Positions 9,394 to 17,518 of a stretch of 64,000 nt of DNA are shown here, in pieces. How positions within the stretch are numbered: the stretch's first letter is position 1; the number at the start of each line of letters is the position of its first letter. Below the pieces are notes generated by a model. The model saw only the letters and a program-made list of their open reading frames with translations. It was not told the DNA's origin and did no database searches. The position numbers and the translations under genes are program-made. The DNA is taken from positions 11,861 through 75,860 of IMG/VR virus record IMGVR_UViG_3300030390_001024; one strand, 5' to 3'. The stretch comes from a virus.

Positions 9394-11384
9394 AGAAGCA
9401 CTGGGTGATGGACTATGAAACTTTATTTGATTGTTTTACTGCAGTGTTTGAGCATTATAAAACTAATGAAACAAAAATCTTTGTAGTATGCAGGCTAAAA
9501 AATGATCTAACTGAGTTTATACAGTTCCTAAAACAAAACATAGAAAATAAAGAATGGCATATATCATACAATGGTTTAGGATTTGATGCACAAGTAACAC
9601 ATTATATCTTAGATCATTATGAAAGTTTTGAAAACATAGACGGTAATGATGTTGCATATAATATATATAAATACGCACAGAGAACAATTGAGAAGAGTAA
9701 TAATAGAGAGTTTAGTGATTATCCTCAATGGAAAATGGTAATAGGTCAAATAGATCTGTTTAAGTTACATCATTGGGACAACCCTGCTAAACGTTCTAGT
9801 CTGAAATGGATACAGTATAGCATGGATTGGGAGAATATTCTAGATATGCCTATTCACCATACATCTAAGATAGATAATCAAGAAGACTTAGATACTATTC
9901 TAGAGTATTGTGTCAATGACGTAAGGTCAACTAAAGAAATATTTAATAGGTCTACTGATTTAATAAAGCTAAGGAAAGAACTAACTAATACATATGGTAT
10001 TAATATGTTTAGTGCATCAGAGCCAAGAATTAGTAAAGAAGTATTTGGTTATTTCTTAACAAATATGTTAAATATACAGAAGAGAGATCTAAGGAATATG
10101 AAAACATATCGTGATACTATAAAGGTTAAAGATATTATATTACCTTATGTGAAGTTTACATCTGCTGATTTTAATCTATTACTACAAAGGTTTAAATCTT
10201 TAGAAGTCAGTGGAGATAAACTTAAAGGAAGTTTTAAATATAGTGTAAACTATAAAAATGTCAAGACTGACTTTGGTACAGGTGGTGTACATGGTGCAGC
10301 CAAGAAAGGTGTATATGAAAGTACAGAAGACATGGTTATAATGTCTTCAGATGTTACTAGTTATTATCCTAATCTAGCTATAAAGAATCAATGGTCACCT
10401 GGTCATTTTCCAAAGAAAGAATTCTGTGATCAATATGAATGGTTCTTTACTGAGAGAAAGAAGATACCTAAAAGTAACCCTATGAATTATGTATATAAAA
10501 TTATACTTAACTCAACCTTTGGTCTTAGTAATGATGAAAATAGTTTCTTCTATGATCCTGAGCTCTTTTGTAGAATAACTATTAATGGTCAATTGACTCT
10601 TATGATGCTATATGAGATGATAATGGAAAGAATTCCTGGAGCTATAGCTTTACTACAGAATACAGATGGCGTAGAAACCTTAATACCAAGGCCTTATATA
10701 GATGAGTATATGGAAATATGTAAAGAATGGGAAGATATAACTAACCTTAATCTAGAACATGATGAATATCAAAAGCTAGTATTATCTGATGTCAACAATT
10801 ATATTGGTGTGAATAACTTTATAGATGTTGACATTACTAAGTGGAGAGAAGTTAAACAGAGTCAGCCTCACTATCTATTTAAGGTAGAGAATGATAAGTT
10901 TAGCTTTGCTCCAGTTAAATTAAAGGGACGTTTTGATTTTCATAACTTACAATTGCATAAGAATAAGTCCAAATTAGTTATACCAAAAGCTATATATCAA
11001 TACTTTGTTAACAATGTACTACCTGAAGACTATCTAGAAGAAAACAAAAACATTCTAGATTACTGTATAGGTGGTAAATCCAAAGGTGATTGGCAACAGG
11101 TAGCTAGATATATTAAGGATGGCGCATTTGCTGAAGATAAATTACAAAAGATAAATAGATATTTTATCTCTAATGATGGAGTAAAGATCATCAAAGTAAA
11201 TAAGAAAGACAACAGAGAGATACAACTGGAGTCTGGTAGATGGGTTCAAACTATCTTTAATGTATTAAAGGTAGAGCCTAAATGGGAAAACTATAATATT
11301 AATAAAGCATACTACATGCAAGCAATAGAGACAGAGATCAATAGTATCTTAACAGTCTCTACTAATCAATTAAAACTATTTTAA
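9390..11384 (+). CDS. DNA polymerase family B with 3'-5' exonuclease
   Basis: ExoI DYE, ExoII YNGLGFD, ExoIII YCVND; polymerase motifs SSDVTSYYPN, KIILNSTFG and NTDG. Confidence 0.93.
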   Translation: MKKHWVMDYETLFDCFTAVFEHYKTNETKIFVVCRLKNDLTEFIQFLKQNIENKEWHISYNGLGFDAQVTHYILDHYESFENIDGNDVAYNIYKYAQRTIEKSNNREFSDYPQWKMVIGQIDLFKLHHWDNPAKRSSLKWIQYSMDWENILDMPIHHTSKIDNQEDLDTILEYCVNDVRSTKEIFNRSTDLIKLRKELTNTYGINMFSASEPRISKEVFGYFLTNMLNIQKRDLRNMKTYRDTIKVKDIILPYVKFTSADFNLLLQRFKSLEVSGDKLKGSFKYSVNYKNVKTDFGTGGVHGAAKKGVYESTEDMVIMSSDVTSYYPNLAIKNQWSPGHFPKKEFCDQYEWFFTERKKIPKSNPMNYVYKIILNSTFGLSNDENSFFYDPELFCRITINGQLTLMMLYEMIMERIPGAIALLQNTDGVETLIPRPYIDEYMEICKEWEDITNLNLEHDEYQKLVLSDVNNYIGVNNFIDVDITKWREVKQSQPHYLFKVENDKFSFAPVKLKGRFDFHNLQLHKNKSKLVIPKAIYQYFVNNVLPEDYLEENKNILDYCIGGKSKGDWQQVARYIKDGAFAEDKLQKINRYFISNDGVKIIKVNKKDNREIQLESGRWVQTIFNVLKVEPKWENYNINKAYYMQAIETEINSILTVSTNQLKLF

Positions 11385-11385
11385 A

Positions 11386-11703
11386 ATGACGTACAGACCA
11401 TTGCCAGAAGGGACCACAATTAAAGAGTCCCTTCTTCATGGCCTTGGATTGCATTCTACTAAATCTATTAGTAAGGATACTGTCCTAGGCATATCACATA
11501 TCAAGAACACAAATTATGAAGATAATTATATTAGAACTCCTTTAGGTGGGTTTATAAACCATAGTGACACACCTAACTTAAGAAAGATTGGTAGTGCTGA
11601 ATCAAGAGACATAGAAACAGGAACTTTAATGATTATAACTATTAGAGATATATCACCTGGAGAAGAGTTAACACTTAAATATGATTTATATGCATTTGAA
11701 TGA
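11386..11703 (+). CDS. SET-domain protein (putative lysine methyltransferase)
   Basis: HGLGL, GFINHSDTPN and ISPGEELTLKY are the canonical SET motifs (GxG, NHS, ELxxxY). Confidence 0.85.
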   Translation: MTYRPLPEGTTIKESLLHGLGLHSTKSISKDTVLGISHIKNTNYEDNYIRTPLGGFINHSDTPNLRKIGSAESRDIETGTLMIITIRDISPGEELTLKYDLYAFE

Positions 11704-11917
11704 AGTCAAGAAAGGGACCAAATTAAAATTAATTAAAAGAAAGCATTACATAGGCAACAAGCCTGAGACAATGAATATATTAGATGATGAGGTTTTAATA
11801 TATGAAGCTAATGATGGTCTTATTTCTATTTGTACAGATAAGGAAGGTAACCAATATAACATTCCTGGCTGGTATAAAGTAGAAATAATTGAAGAACCCT
11901 TGTCTGACTCAGAATAA
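11690..11917 (+). CDS. hypothetical protein
   Basis: Small beta-rich ORF overlapping the SET gene end; start is 11681 or 11690. Confidence 0.55.
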   Translation: MHLNEVKKGTKLKLIKRKHYIGNKPETMNILDDEVLIYEANDGLISICTDKEGNQYNIPGWYKVEIIEEPLSDSE

Positions 11918-11930
11918 TTTATTATATTTA
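11899..11930 (+). promoter_or_regulatory. putative Bacteroidota sigma70-type promoter
   Basis: CTTG-N20-TATATTTA, close to the TTTG-N19-21-TAnnTTTG consensus, 22 nt upstream of the 11953 ATG. Confidence 0.45.
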
Positions 11931-11952
11931 CACTTTAAAAGTTTAAACAATT

Positions 11953-12807
11953 ATGGGATACAAAAAACCAAAGGAAACAACCAGATGGCATTTAGAAAAT
12001 GCACCCTTACCTAACCACGGTGAGTCATATACAGTTATATCACATGGAGAAGTGATAGAAAACACATATAAATTATTATCAAAAAGTGGATTTATGGTCT
12101 CTAGAGAGATGTATAGATCTAGTAAGAATGCTAACATAGCTCAAGGAGTATATCATATATACCCAACCAATCCAACAGATGGAGACATTATAATGGAAAA
12201 AGAACTTGGAATGATGTTTGCTTGGACCAATTCATATGATAAAACAAAAAGCTTTGCTTCAGCAATTGGAGCTTATGTTGCAGTATGTAACAACGGTATG
12301 ATAGCCGGAGACATGATGAACTATAAAAGAAAACATAGATGGTCTGCTTCACATGATATACATGTTCACATGAGTGATCAGATGAAGTCAGCAGAAAAGT
12401 ACTACAAGAGATTAATAAAAGATAAAGAGGCGCTTAAGAATGTAACAGTTACAGCAAAAGAAGCAGCTGAACTAGCTGGCCGTTTATTTATTGAAGAGGA
12501 TTTGCTTGATTCACAACAGTTGTCTTGTGTAAAGCAAGAACTAATTAAACCTTCTTATAACTATTCAGTAGGTAAAGAGTCAGGGTGGGCCTTTTATAAT
12601 CATGTAACACATGCATTAAAGAAAGCACATCCACGGGACTGGGTAAATGACCAGCAGAACTTTCATGATTTTATAACAGTAGAATTATTAGGATCACCTG
12701 CATCTAAACCTATGTTTGAAAAACCTGTAGAGTATGTAGACATGGGTCAACTTAGTATTGATGTGGATTTAGTAGAGCAAGATAAGTTTACATTTGATAT
12801 ATCATAG
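11953..12807 (+). CDS. DUF932-like domain protein
   Basis: YTVISH, WTNSYDKT...IGAYVAVCNNGMI...KH, WAFYNHVT are characteristic DUF932-family motifs. Confidence 0.7.
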   Translation: MGYKKPKETTRWHLENAPLPNHGESYTVISHGEVIENTYKLLSKSGFMVSREMYRSSKNANIAQGVYHIYPTNPTDGDIIMEKELGMMFAWTNSYDKTKSFASAIGAYVAVCNNGMIAGDMMNYKRKHRWSASHDIHVHMSDQMKSAEKYYKRLIKDKEALKNVTVTAKEAAELAGRLFIEEDLLDSQQLSCVKQELIKPSYNYSVGKESGWAFYNHVTHALKKAHPRDWVNDQQNFHDFITVELLGSPASKPMFEKPVEYVDMGQLSIDVDLVEQDKFTFDIS

Positions 12808-12810
12808 GGT

Positions 12811-12888
12811 ATGCTAGAGGACATGTTATTATTTTTTTTATTTATATTCCTCTTATGGTTTGCTTTAACAGATCAAATGGACAAATAG
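12811..12888 (+). CDS. putative 25-aa membrane peptide (not in ORF track)
   Basis: MLEDMLLFFLFIFLLWFALTDQMDK*, starting 3 nt after the previous stop. Confidence 0.35.
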   Translation: MLEDMLLFFLFIFLLWFALTDQMDK

Positions 12889-12939
12889 GGAGAAACCAAT
12901 CAGGGTCTGAGTTTTTGCATTCTTGGGCCCTGCTCTCTC
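12888..12939 (+). ncRNA. putative structured element E2 (extended hairpin)
   Basis: GGGAGA/TCTCTC outer stem, AACCAAT internal loop, 11-bp stem 12901-12911/12922-12932 with three G-U pairs. Confidence 0.4.
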
Positions 12940-12943
12940 AAGT

Positions 12944-13009
12944 TATTACGGGGAGGGCATAAAGGCATATGCCAACAATAAGTTAATACTGTTGCCCTCC
13001 TTTGTAATA
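12944..13009 (+). ncRNA. putative structured intergenic RNA element E3
   Basis: 16-bp stem 12944-12959/12993-13009 (two G-U, one bulge) enclosing GGCA-ta-TGCC-AAC, as in E1. Confidence 0.5.
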
Positions 13010-13047
13010 TTTAAAACAAATTAATATCTGTAAAGATTTAGTAACAC

Positions 13048-13239
13048 ATGAAAAAATTTATTGAGTTTGCTCTGATCTGGTACAGTCAACAGATGGCCAT
13101 ACCGTTTTGGATCGTTGGACATATACATCTAAGCGTAAATATATATCAAGACATACATGAAATACTAGCTAGCATGGGGTTAAATCTAATCGTACTAATT
13201 GGTTTTATCATAGACTACAAAAAAAATAAAGACAAATGA
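13048..13239 (+). CDS. small membrane protein (2 TM)
   Basis: Two hydrophobic segments and a basic C-terminus; ATGA overlap with the next gene. Confidence 0.65.
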   Translation: MKKFIEFALIWYSQQMAIPFWIVGHIHLSVNIYQDIHEILASMGLNLIVLIGFIIDYKKNKDK

Positions 13240-13517
13240 ATTCTAAACAAAGAAAAGAAACACCTGTATACTCTGGTGTACTAAAATATTTTCCTGATGC
13301 AATCATGGAAGTAGCAAGAGTATCGTTAGCTGGGAATAAACAACATCATCCTGATAAGCCTTTACACTGGGATCGTAGTAAGTCAACTGATGAACTAGAT
13401 GCTTTATCTAGACATCTTATTGATGCTGGTAAAATTGACTCAGATGGTATACGCCACTCTGCTAAAGTAGCATGGAGAGCGTTAGCCAACTTACAAAAAG
13501 AAATAGAAAAATTATGA
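13236..13517 (+). CDS. DUF5664-like dATP/dGTP diphosphohydrolase domain protein
   Basis: YFPDAIMEVARVSLAGNKQH...W...DALSRHL...HSAKVAWRALA matches the DUF5664 pattern. Confidence 0.7.
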   Translation: MNSKQRKETPVYSGVLKYFPDAIMEVARVSLAGNKQHHPDKPLHWDRSKSTDELDALSRHLIDAGKIDSDGIRHSAKVAWRALANLQKEIEKL

Positions 13518-13696
13518 TATACTGGGACATATACTATATACCATGGGATAAAATGTTATTAGAAGATCCTGCTCGTCATACTAAATGGATGGTAATAATG
13601 GCACATGATAAAGGAAGTGCTAAAGAAGCAGGAAAGAAAGAAGGTATGGTAACTAGAGTAACTCATTTAAATAAAAATAGAGATACAAGATTCTAA
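13514..13696 (+). CDS. hypothetical protein
   Basis: The ATG at 13514 overlaps the upstream TGA; last gene of the + strand block. Confidence 0.55.
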   Translation: MIYWDIYYIPWDKMLLEDPARHTKWMVIMAHDKGSAKEAGKKEGMVTRVTHLNKNRDTRF

Positions 13697-13697
13697 T

Positions 13698-13776
13698 AAA
13701 TGAGGAGGGGGGTGGACACAACGTCCAAAAAATAATAATGTTAAATGTTTTTAATTTGTAACTCTCCTCCTTATTT
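13698..13776 (+). ncRNA. putative structured intergenic RNA element E4 at the convergence of the two modules
   Basis: 16-bp stem 13698-13713/13761-13776 (three G-U) and inner GGAC-acaac-GTCC hairpin. Its 5' end is 15/18 identical to E1. Confidence 0.5.
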
Positions 13777-13788
13777 TATTTTTAATTA

Positions 13789-16700
13789 TTATACATTAAA
13801 CCCTATAGATATTAGCTCTGATTTTACAAGACCGTAGTAATATGTTTGTGCCTGTGTAGCTGAACCAAAACTTGCACCATCTGATACATTACCAACATAA
13901 GTTATTCTTTTTGGTGCTCCATTTGAAAATGATTTGAAACTTCTTTCTGGACTATTTTCACTATACGCAAATGCTTGTGGTGCAAAGCTATTACTATAAG
14001 GTGTTGTTCCAGGAGGAGATGGACTAAAACGTCCTCCTGTTTGAGCAAAACCACCTGGACCCATTATTTCTTCTAAGTCATTATTTGCAGTACTACCATC
14101 AGCATTAACTTTTGTTACCCTAAAGGCTATACCTCTATACATATCTGATGAAGAGAGTCCTGCATTTGCAGCTTGTGCTTCTATTATAGTAATAAAAGAT
14201 CTTGTTTTACTTATATCGTCAAGTAATGTTGCATTTGTAGTGTTTACTCTATCATTCCAAGTACCAGAACCAGATTCACTAGGACTGGCTTCATAAGTAG
14301 TACCTCCACCTGCAGATACACCACCTGATTCATCAGCCCATGCCATTACAACAATATTTTTTGCACTTGGAAAAAAAGGATTAGGATAGGTTCCTGCACC
14401 TATTGTTGCTACAAGAGCACCACCTTGTGCTTGGAAACCTAAATAACCAAGAGGTCTTTCTTGACCATTGTGGAACCAATATAAATGATTATCATAATCA
14501 TCTTGACCATTAGTTGCTGTATTTGTATTATTGTTAGCAGCTGTACCACCTGTTGCATAGAAATCTTGAAGTAAGTTTCTAAAGCTAGTAGTATTAGTAT
14601 AGTCTGCTGTTTTTTGAGCTTGAGTTCTAGTAAATGTTATAATATCACCAGTTTGTGAAGTTAGTGTAGTACCTGAAGGGAGACTTAACGTTAGCGCCCT
14701 TAGCCCACTAGAAGGAGCTCCATCATTAAGTACTGTAGTACCCACAGGAACTCCAGGTCCTGAAACTAACATATCATCTACAATACATAAATGGGCTTGA
14801 TCTGTTTCTCCATTTGCATCATTAACTCTTCCTGCTTGATTTCCCCTAGCCATTACCATAGTAACACCCGAAGCATTTTGATGGAGTTTAGCTTTTACTT
14901 CAGGTACACTACTCATTATTGCTGTCGTTATAATTGTACTATTCATAGATCCTGAAGTATCACTATAGAAACAAAAGTATGTATCTTTTGATACTAGTAT
15001 TCCACCAATAGTAAAAGTTTGTGAATTAAAATTAGGATCTGGATCCTCAACTGTCATTACAACTTCAAAGTTACCACCAGTAGCTGGATAAGTTCCTGAT
15101 AAAGTTCCTGTACAGTTATTGTTTGGATCAGGAGTAAAAGTTAACCAACTTACTCCAGCTACAGGTCCATTTTGTGTAGTAAATATTGTAACAGGTCCGG
15201 TGTTATTTTCATTTACTGTAATAGTATACTTCAAGTCACTACATGGATGATCTGCATCAGATGTAGTCCAAGTATATGTCCAAGCATCTCCACCTGTTAA
15301 GGCTGGATATGTGTTTAAAGTTACTGGATCATCTGAAGTCCATATTGGAGCTTCAGCTACTGGTAAAACATTTATAGTAATTGTAGCTGGATCACTCTCA
15401 CAGTAACCATCATTATAAGTAAATGTAAATGTTATACTTCCATAAAAATTTAGAGCAGGTATAAATAACCATGTACCTGTACCTGTATCAAAAGTAAATG
15501 TCCCTGCTGCAGGGTTAGATAATGCACTTGCTGTAAATACTCCTGTATAATTTCCATAACCATCATCTACGAAAGTAACAGTATCACCTACACCTCCTGC
15601 ATCATCTTCATTGACATTATAGTTTCCACCACTAACAGTTGGACATGTATTTAAAGAAAATAATTTACAACAAGACTCCCAGTATAATATATACTTATAT
15701 GTAAAACCTCCTCCAGCAACCTCGTAGTTATGATATTTGAATTTAAGTGACTCACCATATTTAAGTGTTGATGTAGGATAACCGTTATCAACTCCTGCTG
15801 CCCAGCTTATTTTACTATCATATAGATTACCAGGAGTACCCCATCCAATAGGAAATCTTAGTACATTATCTGCTAGAAATGTTGTTTGCTTTACATTTTC
15901 TACTATAACAACTCCTGTCTGACCATCAGTTAGTGTAGTCATGCCTTTAATTGATCTATACGGTACTGTAGTATCATCTAGTGATATGTATGCGTTTAAA
16001 AATGTCTGATTCCAATCTGCTGTAGTACTCATTGGAAGAGTATCAAATCCTACAGGAGGAACAATTGTAGCAACATCTCTAAATTTAACTTCATTAGCAG
16101 CACTTGGATGTCTTACTAATACTTCAGTAAGTGTGTCATCTTGTGCTACAGTATCTAGATATAGTTCTTTTGTTTGTTGTAGACTACCATCATTAGTAAG
16201 TTTTTGTTCAGTAAAATTAGGATCAGCTGCTGGATAATTTGCAGGAGGTTGAATTATATCACTTTGTATTAATAGTGAATTTTGTATATTATCTCCATCT
16301 GGAGACCATAAAGGCACTCTCCTAAGTGTACCACTACCTTGAACACCCATGCTATTTGCAAATCTAAATTTAACTAAACCTGTACTTGCATCTAGTACAA
16401 GAACCTTTTCTTGTGTAGCATCCTGAGCTACATCTAGTAATTTCATTGTACCTGTATTTATCCACTTACCATCATTTGTAACTGTAGTAGCTGGAGTAAA
16501 TGCGTTTCCATCTTGAATCATTAATGAGTTTGCTATAGTAACACCATCTGGTGTAAACATAGATATTCTAAAATTTGTACCACTACCATTAATTCCTGGA
16601 TTGGGAGCCCAGCTAGGGAAACCACTTGGTCCTCCAGATGTTAAAACATCATTATTATTACCTGTTCCAAGTGCTCCAGAAGTAAAAGATCCAACTGCTG

Positions 16701-17490
16701 GAACAATAGTACCAGGAGCTGGCTGAGGATTTTGATATCCTATAACTAATTCACCAAATTGTAAATCTGGTAATGATTTCTGCTCTTCCCATCTAAGTCT
16801 TCCACAAGTTGTTTGTACCATTATTTGTCCTTGTGCTCCATCAGAATTTGGTCCTTGAAAGTGTACACTTCCATATAAATTTAGTCTTGACCACATTGTG
16901 AAACTCTGTTGTGGAGGAAAACATGGTGATCCTATAGTTGTGTTCTGTGTACCAAAGATTGCATCTTGCCTGTTTTCTAAAAAGGTTCCAGCAGTACCAA
17001 ATTTTGGGCCATATGTTAAGTCTTCAGTACCACTTAGTAAACCATCCTGTCCCGCAATCATTACTTGTCTGTCAGTTAAGCTAGTAACATAAGCTTTACC
17101 ATAAGTAATAAACTCTGCTTGTTTATTAGGTTGTCCTATAAATATTAAAGGTGAGGCTGTATCTTGAGTTATTATAGAATCTTTTAATGAGTGCCATGAA
17201 CATTGTCCTTGCTTAAGCCAAAACATAGGAATTACACCAACCTCATCTCCACTGTTTTTTACTGTACTAACAAATCTACCAAGACCTTGGGGTCCTGTTT
17301 GACTACACAACCAGCTTCCAGCACTAATTGATAATGCTTGACCTTGAGGAGCAAACCCTCCTGCTGAAGTTTTTGCTCTAGACAAAGCACCTTTTCTAAC
17401 AAACTGAAAATAGTCATCAGTTGGATTTAATGTTTTCTTAACAAAATTCCTTTTTAGTAGACCTAATACCTCTTGTACAAATATGCTCAT
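13789..17490 (-). CDS. tail fibre / adhesin with Ig/cadherin-like repeats and C-terminal vWA-like domain
   Basis: G/T/S-rich fibre repeats; NVNED...FYGSITFTFTYNDG...ITINVLPVAEAP cadherin/Ig-like units; YSDTSGSM MIDAS-like motif. Confidence 0.65.
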   Translation of the reverse strand: MSIFVQEVLGLLKRNFVKKTLNPTDDYFQFVRKGALSRAKTSAGGFAPQGQALSISAGSWLCSQTGPQGLGRFVSTVKNSGDEVGVIPMFWLKQGQCSWHSLKDSIITQDTASPLIFIGQPNKQAEFITYGKAYVTSLTDRQVMIAGQDGLLSGTEDLTYGPKFGTAGTFLENRQDAIFGTQNTTIGSPCFPPQQSFTMWSRLNLYGSVHFQGPNSDGAQGQIMVQTTCGRLRWEEQKSLPDLQFGELVIGYQNPQPAPGTIVPAVGSFTSGALGTGNNNDVLTSGGPSGFPSWAPNPGINGSGTNFRISMFTPDGVTIANSLMIQDGNAFTPATTVTNDGKWINTGTMKLLDVAQDATQEKVLVLDASTGLVKFRFANSMGVQGSGTLRRVPLWSPDGDNIQNSLLIQSDIIQPPANYPAADPNFTEQKLTNDGSLQQTKELYLDTVAQDDTLTEVLVRHPSAANEVKFRDVATIVPPVGFDTLPMSTTADWNQTFLNAYISLDDTTVPYRSIKGMTTLTDGQTGVVIVENVKQTTFLADNVLRFPIGWGTPGNLYDSKISWAAGVDNGYPTSTLKYGESLKFKYHNYEVAGGGFTYKYILYWESCCKLFSLNTCPTVSGGNYNVNEDDAGGVGDTVTFVDDGYGNYTGVFTASALSNPAAGTFTFDTGTGTWLFIPALNFYGSITFTFTYNDGYCESDPATITINVLPVAEAPIWTSDDPVTLNTYPALTGGDAWTYTWTTSDADHPCSDLKYTITVNENNTGPVTIFTTQNGPVAGVSWLTFTPDPNNNCTGTLSGTYPATGGNFEVVMTVEDPDPNFNSQTFTIGGILVSKDTYFCFYSDTSGSMNSTIITTAIMSSVPEVKAKLHQNASGVTMVMARGNQAGRVNDANGETDQAHLCIVDDMLVSGPGVPVGTTVLNDGAPSSGLRALTLSLPSGTTLTSQTGDIITFTRTQAQKTADYTNTTSFRNLLQDFYATGGTAANNNTNTATNGQDDYDNHLYWFHNGQERPLGYLGFQAQGGALVATIGAGTYPNPFFPSAKNIVVMAWADESGGVSAGGGTTYEASPSESGSGTWNDRVNTTNATLLDDISKTRSFITIIEAQAANAGLSSSDMYRGIAFRVTKVNADGSTANNDLEEIMGPGGFAQTGGRFSPSPPGTTPYSNSFAPQAFAYSENSPERSFKSFSNGAPKRITYVGNVSDGASFGSATQAQTYYYGLVKSELISIGFNV

Positions 17491-17518
17491 AATGTTTTTT
17501 TAACAAATATATTAAATT

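Noticed and set aside
13236-13517. 2-aminoadenine (Z) genome system
   Set aside because: Only the DUF5664-like gene is present; there is no purZ or datZ in the window.
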